Shown: positions 11,520-23,846 of the stretch, piece after piece
Layout of the letters: every line of letters starts with the position of its first letter
How positions within the stretch are numbered: the first letter of the stretch is position 1
NCBI RefSeq assembly: GCF_006345805.1
Contig: NC_043009.1
Span: 57,474,001-57,538,000 of the forward strand
DNA from: Octopus sinensis
Taxonomy: Eukaryota
Length of the DNA stretch: 64,000 nucleotides
Direction: 5' to 3'
The notes under the pieces: generated by a model
The model's input: only the letters and a program-made list of their open reading frames with translations
Told to the model about the DNA's origin: nothing
Databases searched by the model: none
Position numbers and translations under genes: made by a program

Positions 11520-12640
11520 TTCGAGGTAGTTAGTACCGTTGGCGGCACAATTCTCCCAACGGTGTCTCTTCCCCTGCTGGTGGCACAACCCCTACCGGCA
11601 AGGTTCCGGGACATTCCGGTGCTATGTCACCGACTGCCGGCAATGTCCCGTTTTTCTTCCTCTTCCTCTTTTTTCCCTCTCAATTGATGGAGGGTGAGTC
11701 TCCTCCGTGACTGAGAGATTCACCTCCCCCACCCTCATCCCCAGGATCCTTCGGTGAGTACCACTGTTGCCCACCTTCTTCCTCTTGCGCCCGCTTCCCT
11801 GAGGAGTCCTCCGTCTCCTCAGCCGCTTTCGTTCCCTCTTCTACAGAGGTCTCAATTGACTGCTCTAGGACTCCTCCTTGCTCCCGAGAACATTTCTTCT
11901 TATATGGCTAGGCTCCAGGCACCATGACACCTGGGGGGTGGGTGCGACCCTCAGAATCACCGGGTACCTGCACCCGGCCATTTTCAAAATATCTGGCATA
12001 ACCAGATTCATGGCTGATGGGTCCACAGGGTCAAAAAACCAGCTTTTCAATTCACATTCACCAGCCAACCCAATCAGCCTTCACATTGAGGAGCCTGGCT
12101 CCGCGCCACCAAGACCTCGACGGATAGTATCCTCTATCCACTGATGTTCAATTCCGGGTGGAAAGCCGCAGACCCAGGCCCTCAACGGGCTGGCTCGCAA
12201 AACTGCAAGCCTCATCTGGGGTATCAAACAGCAACCACACCGTTGCATGTTTGACTCCCCTAGAGAAATATTTAAATGTTGGCAGATGTTCCGCCAACTC
12301 CTGCTCAATCGTCTGCTTGGAGAAGAGGGTAATAGTGTCGAGAACCTTCGAATACGTTCTCAACACCACCGTCCTCTCCTCTTGCTGTTTGAGCCACTCC
12401 TTAGGTGGGACAATCTCTCACTCTACAATCTTATCCGTATTTTTTTGCCATGTTTAAAAAAAAAATTAAAACGTCCTAAACAATAGTTTACAAAAAGGAA
12501 AGAGAGAATTCAAAAAGAAACAAAAGGGAAGAAAAAAAAAGCAAGCAGTTCAATAAAAAAAATCACAATAGAAAAAGAAAACAGTAGTTAAAAAACCCAC
12601 AGCAAAAAAAATCTTCTGGGCATTCAGGTACTCCGAGCCC
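11520..12640 (-). pseudogene. LINE 5' UTR plus ORF1 (Tx1/L1-like), copy right of the gap
   Basis: Near-identical to 10480-11252 and extends to a probable ATG at ~12451 (...PKEWLKQQEERTVVLRTYSK...) and a T-rich 5' UTR; frameshifts and stops. Confidence 0.65.
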
Positions 12641-13204
12641 TTATGGTACTCCAATTAGAACCTGGACTGCGCTACTTGAAATACAGCTTTCCAACGTAGT
12701 TGTATAATACACACTATTTACAAACAGCAAACGACTTTTGGTGGCAGGATACGTCACCAAACTATATCTCACAATGAGAAAAATTTCCCCTTCATGTGAA
12801 CACTTGAAATACAGTTTTCCAATAATGGTAAATGTTGTAAAAGCATACACTGTTAAAAAGTGAACAATTTTTGGTTTGAAGGATACGCCCGTCAGACTTG
12901 ACTTCTTACAATGAGAAAAAATTTTCATTTAACATTAACCATATTGCTGTACCGCAAGTAGACCAACATCCTGAACCCAGTGAGGACTCCTTGTTTGTAA
13001 AAAATATAAGCACAGACAACGACTCTCACTGGGTTCAAGAGAAAAGTCTTAGCTTGCAGCAGCTTCTTCTCGCAGGCTAAACACTGCCTGCTATCTTCTT
13101 CAGTGCACAACGATAGATACATGCGCACACTGACAACAAAGACTCATGGGAAGTATGCAGGCTACTTGGTAAGCAAGCTACTTACCGCACAGCCACTCCT
13201 GCGC

Positions 13205-13238
<34 letters not shown>

Positions 13239-13376
13239 TATATATATATATATATATATATTGGCCTGCTCGCTTAGCCAGCGGGGTGGCGTCATTTGAA
13301 TGCTAAAACAAAACGAAGCGCTTTGTGACCAGCGATGTGTAGCAACATCTGATAGCCTGGTCGGTCATGTGATCAT

Positions 13377-13407
<31 letters not shown>

Positions 13408-13649
13408 TACAGGGACATAAACATACCGTCACCGGATGTCAAGCAGTGAAGGGGACAAGCATACATCTATGTACGAACATGTGTATGTACGTATATATGT
13501 ATACATGCACGTATCTACATATGTATGAGACGGGCTTCCACGCAGTTTCCATCTACCACATAGACTCAGAAGGCATTGAGCTGTCTGGGGCTATAGCAGA
13601 AGATAATTCCATTTGCCTGTAAAGTCATATCTCCCTCTCTCTGAGAGTG

Positions 13650-13997
13650 ACCGCGTGGTAAAAAGTTAGGTTACCAAGTACATGGTTCCGGGTTCTGTCC
13701 TACTGTGTAGCACCTTGGTTAAATGACTTCTACCATAACCTCGGTTCGACCAAAGCCTTGTGAGTGGATTTGGTAGACGGAAACTGAAAAGAAGCCTGTT
13801 GTATATCTAAATATCTATATCTATGTGTGTATGTGTGTTTTTATGCCTGTGCTTGTCCATCATCACTGCTTTATAACCGGTAATGATGTGTTTACGTCCC
13901 CATAACTTAGTGGTTCGGCAAAAGAATAAGTACCAGGCTTTAAGGAAAAAATATTGGAGTCAATTCGTTCGACTAAAAGGCTTCAAGCGATGTCCAA
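13650..13997 (+). mobile_element. SINE family B (diverged)
   Basis: CATGGTTCCGGGTT...GCCTTGTGAGTGGATTTGGTAGACGGAAACTGAAA. Confidence 0.8.
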
Positions 13998-14190
13998 TCA
14001 CTGGAGTTTAATCACTGAAATAAGTAACGACAAAGGATCATATATATAATATATATATAATATATATATATGTATATATATATTAACAATTGAGGATAAA
14101 ATCTTTAAAAGAATTATCAGTATCAGCGTGAAAAACTCGTAAGAGAAAAAATCCGTAAATTCTTCCTCTTTGAAAATATTCATTTATATT

Positions 14191-14617
14191 ATATTGAGGT
14201 ACTACTATTCGTAGATACCAACACGCTAAGAGGGACCAATGCGGTCAAAACTACTAAAAATAAACAAAATTTTACCGAATGCAAAACTTCAAACACATCA
14301 TTTTAAAAAAATTCAGTTACCTATCACATGTGATTTCGCATTTAATGCAGAATATGCATTTCATGTTCATCAGTGCAACAAACTCAAGAAATATAAGAGA
14401 AAACATAACATTACAAGCTCGATAGCCAACCGTAGAATTCGTCGTAGCATGTACGAATATTTATCGTTACATATCTATGAAAATGGCGGGCTTTTTCGCA
14501 ATGCATTTCGGTACCAAATTGTCTAGTCGGATTCGGTAAAATTTTGTTTATTTTTAGTAGTTTTGACCGCATTGGTCCCTCTTAGCGTGTTGGTATCTAC
14601 GAATAGTAGTACCCTCA

Positions 14618-14622
<5 letters not shown>
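14191..14622. mobile_element. MITE with ~90-bp near-perfect terminal inverted repeats
   Basis: 14191-14280 (ATATTGAGGTACTACTATTCG...TTTTACCGAAT) is the reverse complement of 14531-14621; non-coding interior; TA-rich flanks. Confidence 0.85.
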
Positions 14623-14701
<79 letters not shown>

Positions 14702-14714
14702 GATATATAATGTA

Positions 14715-14812
<98 letters not shown>

Positions 14813-14838
14813 CATATATATATATATGTATATATATA
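14623..14838. repeat. (TA)n microsatellite
   Basis: Directly visible. Confidence 0.95.
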
Positions 14839-14870
14839 GATGGAGTTAAACGCATGTGTTATTCAATTCT

Positions 14871-14957
14871 TTTCCGACACATGTTTCGAAGATATTACTG
14901 GTATTATTCAAAAGGAATAAAATAGTGTAAAAAAATGTAATCTTCTCTTCAGGGAAA
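14871..14957 (-). ncRNA. Type I hammerhead ribozyme motif
   Basis: Minus strand: TTTCC CTGAAGA GAAGAT...ATCTTC GAAAC ATGT GTC GGAAA (5-bp stem I, 6-bp stem II base, GUC triplet). Confidence 0.8.
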
Positions 14958-15195
14958 TGAAGAGATGAAACTCATCAATAAGACATTTTAACAGAATATG
15001 ATGGATTTGTATAGTGATTAACTGTACGCTATTAAGCAACAAAAAAAAAACGTTAGGGGATATAACGTCAAAGGTAACCTATAGAAAGAGGAGGGGGTAA
15101 AGGAAAGAAAAGAAAAGAAAACAAATAAATGACAAGTCATACTGAAAAAAACAAGGGTGAAATGAAAATAGTAAAAAAATGGACAGTATTTTATA

Positions 15196-15602
15196 GGCGC
15201 AGGAGTGGCTGTGTGGTAAGTAGCTTGCTAACCAACCACATGGTTCCGGGTTCAGTCCTACTGCGTGGCACCTTGGGCAAGTGTCTTCTGCTATAGCCCC
15301 GGGCCGACCAATGCCTTGTGAGTGGATTTGATAGACGGAAACTGAAAGGAGCCCGTCGTATATATGTATATATATATGTGTGTGCGTGTATGTTTGTGTG
15401 TCTGTGTCTGTCCCCCTAGCATTGTTTGACAAACGATGCTGGTGTGTTTACGTCCCCGGTTCGGCAAAAGAGACCGATAGAATAAGTACTGGGCTTACAA
15501 AAGAATAAGTACCGGGGTCGAGTTGCTCGATTAAAGGCGGTGCTCCAGCATGGCCGCAGTCAAATGACTGAAACAAGTAAAAGAGTAAAAAGAGTAAAGA
15601 GT
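15196..15602 (+). mobile_element. SINE family B, full length
   Basis: tRNA-like head, internal (TA)/(TG) tract, GGCGGTGCTCCAGCATGGCCGCAGTC 3' block and (GAGTAAAA)n tail. Confidence 0.9.
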
Positions 15603-15679
15603 ATATGCGCTTCTTTGTTTACTCATCAACGGTACACTACGTATTTTCTTTTAATATATTTTAATTAATGTGTTACACA

Positions 15680-15917
15680 GCGCAGTACTGTACTATATTA
15701 ATTTATTTATTAATTTATTAATTTTTAGGCGTGAAAATGCTTATTTTACCACAGAAATAATTAAAATCTAAAAAAAATAAAACACCTATTGGCCGCAGAA
15801 ACCCGTATACTTAGTATACTGAGGAGTCCGCGATATAAATTTACATGTATTAGCTAGAAAAATCCGCGATGTACTGAGCGCGATAGACGAACCGCGATAT
15901 GGTGAGAGATTACTGTA
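15680..15917. mobile_element. Tigger/pogo-like DNA transposon end fragment
   Basis: Ends in GAACCGCGATATGGTGAGAGATTACTG-TA, resembling a CAGTAA-type TIR; no partner end found. Confidence 0.45.
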
Positions 15918-16375
15918 TATATATATAGATATTTATATTAACAGATCCAACCTACACAGAGTACAAAAAAAAAAGATTAAAGGGGTGGAAGAAAGGTGTT
16001 TTAAGTCCAACAACTGTTTCCAGAGGCTCAGCGATCCCTAATAATGTTGGTAAATGTAGTCCATCACAATATGCAGCCTTATGGATATACATCTCTTTCC
16101 TAATACAAACCCCAAATCCATAGATATATTTTCCCCACTTAACATCAATCCAAATATATTATCAGAGACAAATACGCCAAAAGGCGTAGAGTAGATACGG
16201 GCCGATTAATACACAGAGTAGATCGAATCCCTAAAATTCAATGTCTTAATCATCGAAGTCGTTGTGCAGCGAAAGCTGAGTTAGCTATAGGAAACACAGC
16301 AGTCGAACAAATGAAAATAACGATGAAATAAAAGATGGACAAAGTTGTTTTATGACATGAAAGCATTTTAAAATA

Positions 16376-17232
16376 CCGTAAATCCTCGAGTATAATCTGC
16401 ATCCCCCCACAAAAAAAATTTAAAGGTCAAAATCCCTAGTGCGTAGTATATACGAGGTTAGAAATGAAAAATATCTTCTAAGCAATATTCGAATGTCTAT
16501 TTACTGTCCGGCAATGTTTATTCAGACACATTTTGTGATGTCGGGTGCGAAAATATCTTAAGCTAAGTCTGAAAGCAATGAAGTCATAAAAGAATCATCC
16601 ATAACTTGCAGTAAGCAACATTTATTAAACGTTATTACTGTTATTTCTTTATTTTCTGCCAACAAAATACACAAAAAAGCTACACGTTTGCATTATGTTA
16701 TATATACAATAATATTAAAGGGCGTTACCGTATACATTTTTACAAACCAAGGACGTTATATAGACCTCCTTGACTCAAGTTAGAGAAGGGGTGCGTATTA
16801 TACACACGGTTTAGGTTTTTCAGAGGTACAGTCCCCCCAAAATCCCCTACGTGTTATACTCAAGGTCGGAATATACTCTTTACTCTTTTACTCTTTTACT
16901 TGTTTCAGTCATTTGACTGCGGCCATGCTGGAGCACCGCCTTTAATCGAGCAACTCGACCCCGGGACTTATTCTTTTGTAAGCCCAGTACTTATTCAATC
17001 GGTCTCTTTTGCCGAACCGCTAAGTAACGGGGACATAAACACACCAGCATCGGTTGTCAAGCAATGCTAGGGGGACAAACACAGACACACAAACACACAC
17101 ACATATATATATATATATACATATAAACGACAGGCTTCTTTCAGTTTCCGTCTACCGAATCCACTCACAAGGCTTTGGTCGGCCCGAGGCTATAGTAGAA
17201 GACACTGCGCCTATATACTTGAGGATTTATGG
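16376..17232. mobile_element. pogo/Tc2-like MITE interrupted by a SINE
   Basis: TA-CCGTAAATCCTCGAGTATA at the left end and TATACTTGAGGATTTATGG-TA at the right end, with subterminal repeats. Confidence 0.75.
16878..17211 (-). mobile_element. SINE family B with a deleted head, inserted next to the MITE right TIR
   Basis: Matches family B; TATACT is duplicated on both sides. Confidence 0.88.
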
Positions 17233-17349
17233 TAAGTTTACAGAAATACACACGTAAATGTAATTAAGTAGAGAGAAGGATGACAGTCTACATAGGAACA
17301 TTGGTCCGGCCAATTATGGTATAAGGAACTCGAAATGGGAAGTCTGAAT

Positions 17350-17570
17350 ATTAATTTCAAATTTTGGCACAAGGTCAGGAATTTCGAGGGTGGGGTAAAA
17401 CGATTACATCGGCCCCAGTGCTTAACTGGTACTTGCTTAGTCGATCCCGAAAGGATAAAAAAATTCGGTCGACGTCGGTGGAGTTTGAACTCGGAACAAA
17501 AAGACGGACAGAATGCTGCTAAGCACTTTGCCTGGCGTGCTAAACATTCTACCAGGTCGTTACCTTTAGG
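17350..17570 (-). mobile_element. SINE family A (diverged)
   Basis: Reverse-complement match to family A. Confidence 0.8.
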
Positions 17571-17836
17571 AAGTTTGAATATCAACAAGCTTCAACATCT
17601 GTTAGCTTGAGTAATTTGTAGCGCTCACAGTTATGGATTAAACGTGTATATGTATGTGCCTGTGTGTATGTATGTATCTGAATATGGATGTGTGTGTGTA
17701 TATATATATATATATATTCAACAATATTAAGGAATGGCCTTGATAGGCCATTCGACCCACTAGAAGAGCAGCTAAACTCAAACCGCTAAGTAGTTGTAAT
17801 TCAGAAACCAAGGAAAATAAACATTTACCCTTATCA

Positions 17837-17931
17837 CTTTGGACTATGCATAGTTTCGACATACATCTTGGCAAACCAATTTAATTAAATTAAATAAATC
17901 TATTTGCCACTGGCCTGTCTCGTCAGCAAAG
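17837..17931 (-). ncRNA. Type I hammerhead ribozyme motif (best-formed copy)
   Basis: Minus strand: CTTTG CTGACGA GACA..TGGCAAA..[AT-rich loop]..TTTGCCA..TGTC GAAAC TATGCATA GTC CAAAG; stem III is the 12-nt palindrome ACTATGCATAGT. Confidence 0.88.
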
Positions 17932-18287
17932 AAGCCAGGGAAATATATATCCACGAGGCGACAGAATCGACGCCTTGAGAATATATATTCTAAATTTTCA
18001 AAATCTACCGTCAGCAGCAAATATAAACTGCTGATTTAATTTCAGAATTAGTCAAAAAAATCATTAATTAATCAATATCAGGGTAGCCAAATATATCAGG
18101 GTAGATATATATATATATAGTTATGGTATATTCTGTTATGAACGTAGTACAGTATAAAGCTCGTGCACATTCAGATTCCACCCTGTGCTATCCTGTAGTA
18201 GTATTATACGTACTTCCAGATATGCGATTGGGCCTCTGTCGTGTGTGAACATATTATTGAGAAAATTGGAGTCAACAAGAAGGGGTA

Positions 18288-18548
18288 CGCATATGGCGTA
18301 GTGGTTAAGAGCGCGTGCTACTACCCCCAAGATTCCGAGTTCGATTCCAGGCATAATAATAATAATAATAATAATAATACCACCACCAATAATAATACCA
18401 ACAACAACAACATCGAAAAATACCTAAGGAATGAGAACCCAGGTTCGAAATTTCCCCAAGACATCTAATGAAGGCTCGAGGGTATATCAGCCGAAAGGTT
18501 GTGCTAACAACAAAGAAGATGACAAATATTCGTCAATTGTAAATAATG
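18288..18548 (+). mobile_element. tRNA-headed SINE family D with a decayed hammerhead in its 3' part
   Basis: A box TGGCGTAGTGG, B box GAGTTCGATTCC, (AAT)n spacer, then CTAATGA-A-GGCT...CAGCC GAAAGGTT; homologous to 43804-44098. Confidence 0.75.
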
Positions 18549-18648
18549 TGGGGTAACAGTTGCATAATCAAATACCCTCACTCCTGGATAACTACTTTGC
18601 GTGGAAACAATTGTAGTGATTAAAAATAAATGTGATTAAAAGTAAATT

Positions 18649-19065
18649 GCTTACCAACCACATGGTTCCGGGTTCAGTCCCACTGTGTGGCACCTTGGGC
18701 AAGTGTCTTCTGCTATAGCCTCGGGCCAACCAAAGCTAAAAGAAGTCCGTCGTACATATGTATGTATATATATATATATGTATGTATGTATGTATGTGGA
18801 AATGGTAGAGAGAAACTGAAAGAAGCCTGTCGTATATATGTATATATGTGTGTGTGTGTGTGTATTTTTGTGTGTCTGTGTTTGTCCTCCCAACATCGCT
18901 TGACAACCGATGCTGGTGTGTTTACATCCCCGGCACTTAGCGGTTCGGCAAAAGAGACCAATAGGCTTACAAAGAATAAGTCCTGGGGTCGATTTGCTCG
19001 ACCTAAAGGCGGTGCTCCAGCATAGCCACAGTCAAATGGCTGAATCAAGTAAAAGAGTAAAAGAA
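18649..19065 (+). mobile_element. SINE family B (5'-truncated)
   Basis: Matches 15196-15602. Confidence 0.88.
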
Positions 19066-19409
19066 TTCAACCGTACTCCTTTTTGTTGACTCCAACTTTT
19101 TCAATTTTTTCAGTATATATATATATGTGTGCGTGTGTGTGTGTGCATACATATGTATATACACATATGTGTATGCGTGTATGCATACACACACATGAGT
19201 AGTATAGTTTGTAAGAAACATTGTCTGATATACATATAATTATTTTTCATTTTTTTTTATAACGCCAGAACAATGCAAATTGTAAGAAACTATGAGTCGG
19301 TGGTTTTCACTTCTAATTTGAATTTCCTTAAGAATGGGCCTTTAATGCCGAAATACTGAAGTACAAGCTAAAAGTAGAAACCAGCATCTTATATTATATC
19401 TTGCAACGT

Positions 19410-19625
19410 GAGGTACGAGTTGGCAGAATGGTTACCGCGTCGGACAAAATGCTTAGCAGGATTTTTTCCGGCTTTACGTTCTGAGTTCAAATATCACCGA
19501 TGTCGACTTTGATTTCATCCCTTAGGGATCAATAAGAAAATAAGAACCAGACGAGCGCAGGAAGTCGATGTAATCGACTTGTCCCATCCTCTTAAAATTT
19601 CGGGTCACGTGCCTCCTATAGCAGA
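19410..19625 (+). mobile_element. SINE family A (diverged)
   Basis: GAGTTGGCAGAA...TTCTGAGTTCAAA...GTCGATGTAATCGACTT. Confidence 0.8.
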
Positions 19626-19676
19626 ATAGATTATTTCATATAACTTTGAATTGGTTTGGCTACAGAAAGAAAATTT

Positions 19677-19713
<37 letters not shown>

Positions 19714-19721
19714 GATACCAC

Positions 19722-20140
19722 GAGTGGCTGTGTGGTAAGAAGCTTGCTTCTCAACCACATGGTTCCGGGTTCAGTCCTTCTGCATAGTACCTTGGGCAAG
19801 TGTCTTCCACTATAGCCTCTGGCCGAGCAAATTCTTTTGAGTGGATTTAGTAGACGAAAACTGAAAGAAATCCGTCGTTTATATGTGTGTGTGTGTGTGT
19901 GTGTTTGTGCATGTGTTTGTGTGTGTGTATCTTTGTTCGTTTGTCCTCACCACCATCGCTTGACAACTGATGCTGGTGTGTTTACGTCCCCGTAACTTAG
20001 CGGTTTGGTAAAACAAAACGATATAATAAGTACCACAGGCTTTCAAAGAATAAGTCCTGGGCTCATTTTCTCCAACTAAAAGGTGGTGCTCCAGTATAGC
20101 CGCAGTCAAATGACTGAACCAAATAAGAGAATAAAGAAAA
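19722..20140 (+). mobile_element. SINE family B
   Basis: Full-length match to family B. Confidence 0.85.
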
Positions 20141-20220
<80 letters not shown>

Positions 20221-20622
20221 TTTTTGGATTTGGTTTGGCAAGATTCTTTATATGGGTTCGTGTGTTGAAGCATATTCTGTTGTGTCTGGGGAGAGTCGTT
20301 TTCTTTTTGTGCCTTATAGTGTAACACACTCATCGGTAAAATTTCCGCTTATTTCTTATTTCTATTTTCCTAAAATATTCGTTGCGTCTTGCAACCTTTT
20401 CACTAGTCTTGACTATTGAAAAGGTTACAAGACGCAACCTTTTCAATATATATATATATATATATGTCCATTCTGATGGTGTACATTCAGTTGTTTCAGC
20501 TGTCCCTAAATTAATGTGCTAAGTAGCGGAGTATTACATGGACACGTGTAACCATAACATAATCCTCAGGCTAAACCAATGTGATATGAATGAACTTTTA
20601 AAATACAAGTACAATTCAGAGG

Positions 20623-20700
<78 letters not shown>

Positions 20701-21042
20701 GCTCCAGTAGTAGACTTGCCATTTTATGTATCGACTCCGAAAAGATGAAAGATAAAATTGAGAGCACAGGCTGCAAGAAAGAAAACACAAGAAATACTAT
20801 TCGAAGTTGAAACGATTTTGGCAATCCTACATGAACGCGTGTGAATGGTTTTATATTTACATACTTATATATAAGTACACACACCACACACACACACACA
20901 CACCACACAAAGTCAGACACGCATATATATATATGCGCACATTAAACATATATATATATATATACATATATATGTATACGCATATTCATACATACATGTG
21001 TATATATACATACATACATACATATATATTATATATATATAT

Positions 21043-21082
<40 letters not shown>

Positions 21083-21166
21083 ATATTAGGGAATAAATCC
21101 AAATTTACAGGAAAAATCAGATTTAGGATTGAATCCAATTTTATATAAAATATAATATAATAAAAT

Positions 21167-21275
21167 AGAGACAAAACCACTATTATGCAATCAAACAAGA
21201 AGACTTAATCCAATTTTTTATGTATTGGATTAAGTCTTTTTTCTTTGTTGATTTGCAAATAGTGGTTTTGTCTCT
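21167..21275. repeat. Fold-back inverted repeat (~50-bp arms)
   Basis: AGAGACAAAACCACTATT...AGACTTAATCCAAT pairs with ATTGGATTAAGTCT...AATAGTGGTTTTGTCTCT. Confidence 0.8.
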
Positions 21276-22609
21276 AATTAATAGTATATATATATATATA
21301 TGTATATGTGTGTGTGTGTGTGTTGTGTGTATATAGATATATATATGTATGTATATATATATGTGTATAATTAAGAGACAAAGCCTCTATTAAGCAATTC
21401 AATTAATAGTGAAAGATATTATCTATAATAAATCATATAGAAAGAATTTAAATATATTATAATAAATATTATTCTAAAAATCACTATATATATATATATA
21501 TGCATGTCTACATGTATACATCTTTCTAGACAAACATATATACAGTCATATATGCATAGCGATACATAAATATATCCATAAATTCATATATATCAACGCT
21601 TATATATATATATCATCCATCCATCCATCCATGCATCCATACATATATTTCTCAATACATGTTTTGATATCACAACACATTATAACCATAAAGTGCTCTG
21701 AAGTTGAGCAAAAGTAATGCTCTTATCTATATATATGCAAGAATAGACAGGTAAAATGCACAAGGGTGTATGAATATTAATGATAATATAAATATCAATT
21801 TTACCCGATGGAAATAAGTATCGTAACTCCTGAGAATGTCCATCCACAGACTACAGTTCGCACTTATTCCTCCAGGCTGTCCAGAATAGTCATCAGATCA
21901 ACGGCAGATGTATACCTTCGCTGTAGTCCACAAGCATTTCGCATATACGTGATTAAGTGTGGTATATTTAATGTACCCTACCATCTAGGAATGTCCAGCA
22001 ACTCGCTACAGTCCAGCGACCTGTTCACCTAGCTGTCCACCATGTTAATAATATATACCTGACCAAACCAGACCAGAGTTGACCAGGTCAGAGCAGACCA
22101 AACCAGATTAGAGCAGGCGTGACCGCCTGGAGGTGTTCAACTACGTAGCGTAGTCCATGTACTGTTTACATATATGTCAGGTACCACATCTTCTGGGAAT
22201 GTTCAGTTATAGATCACAGCTCCTCAAATAATCTACTAATAGTTCACGCGTAGTCAGCAGTAGATCATAAAAGATCAATAGATCACGGATCATCTGGTAA
22301 CGTTCAAACTCGTAGAAGTCCAAGCAGTAATTTATGTAAGCGTCGTATGTAGTAAGTATTAGATCTGCGAATGTTCAGTCTTAGGAACTACAGTCCAGCA
22401 AGCTGTCAAAAGTATGTATCAGACCGTCTGGGAATATTCAGGCTAAGGTCTTAGACCAGTCGAACCCAGCTAGACCTAACTAGACTTGTCCAGTCCGGTT
22501 GGTTTATTCCAGATCAGACCAGATCAATCCAGAGCTCGTCTTGATTCATTTTCTTTGTCTCTGGGTCTGGACCCTTAAAACTTTGCGATGACTGGCGTGT
22601 TGGTGACGG

Positions 22610-22644
<35 letters not shown>

Positions 22645-23490
22645 TGAATGTGTGTGTGTGAGTGTGTGTGTGTGTGTATAAGTGTGTTCCTGTGTGATTA
22701 GTGGTGTGTGTGTGATGTTTCTTGTGTACGTATGCAATGTATATTTATGGATGCGCATATGTGATGAATAGTGTGTGTATGTAAATAAATGTGTATATGT
22801 GTGTGTGTGAGATGACGGATGTGTGTGTATGTATGTCACAACTGGTGTGTGGGCATGAGTGTGTTGGTGGAAGTGTGTGTATGCGTGTATTGAGTGGTGC
22901 GTGTGTGTAGGTTTTTTGATGACGGGTGTGTCCGTGTTATGCGTACATATGTCTATGTGTGTGTGCATGCGTGCGTGTGTCTCTGTGTGTATATGTACAA
23001 GTTAGTATGTATATGCATTAGCGTAAAGCTAGTACGTAGATGCATTGGTGTGTATATGTGTGTATACGTGCAACAGATGGTTTATGTGTGTACTTATGAA
23101 TATGTGTGTATACATGTACTAGCGAATATGTGTGTGTATGTGTGCGTATATATGTAAAACTGGTGTTTATGTGTGTAACAGCTAGAGTATGTATGTATAT
23201 ATGTGATAACTTATGAATGTGCGTGTATGCATGCACACAGTGTGTGTGTGTGTGTGTGTTTGACTGGTGGTGTATATGTATTATGTATGTGTGTATATGT
23301 ATGTGATTTAAGTGTATAAGTGTGTGTCTCTAATGGCTATTGTATACGCAAACACACACATATCTATCTATCTATCTATCTATTGACCACAATCGTAATG
23401 TGTATGTGATCACTTATGAACGTATGTATGTTTAACTATCTGTGCAAGCAGGTGTATATATATATATATATATGTATGTATGTGTGTGTA

Positions 23491-23532
<42 letters not shown>

Positions 23533-23534
23533 TT

Positions 23535-23800
23535 TTTGTCTTTTCTTTACTTCAGCCATTGGGCTGCGGCTTTGAAAGGGTTTTGTCGAACGAATCGACC
23601 CCAGTACATTTTTGAAGTTAAGTACTTGTTTTGGGCCCCACCGCTAAGTTGCGAGGACGTACACAAACTGATCAACACCGGTTGTTAAACCCCAAAGACG
23701 TAGACGCACACACACACACACACATTAAAGTAGAAGACTTCTCCAAAGTACCCGGAATCATGAGATTCAAGCAAACTTCTTACCACACAACCATGCCTAC
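23535..23800 (-). mobile_element. SINE family B (decayed)
   Basis: Partial matches to the tail and head. Confidence 0.6.

Positions 23801-23846
<46 letters not shown>

Noticed and set aside
16005-16169. Minus-strand hammerhead with a long stem II
   Set aside because: Core reads CTGATAA and stem II does not pair; at most a decayed remnant.
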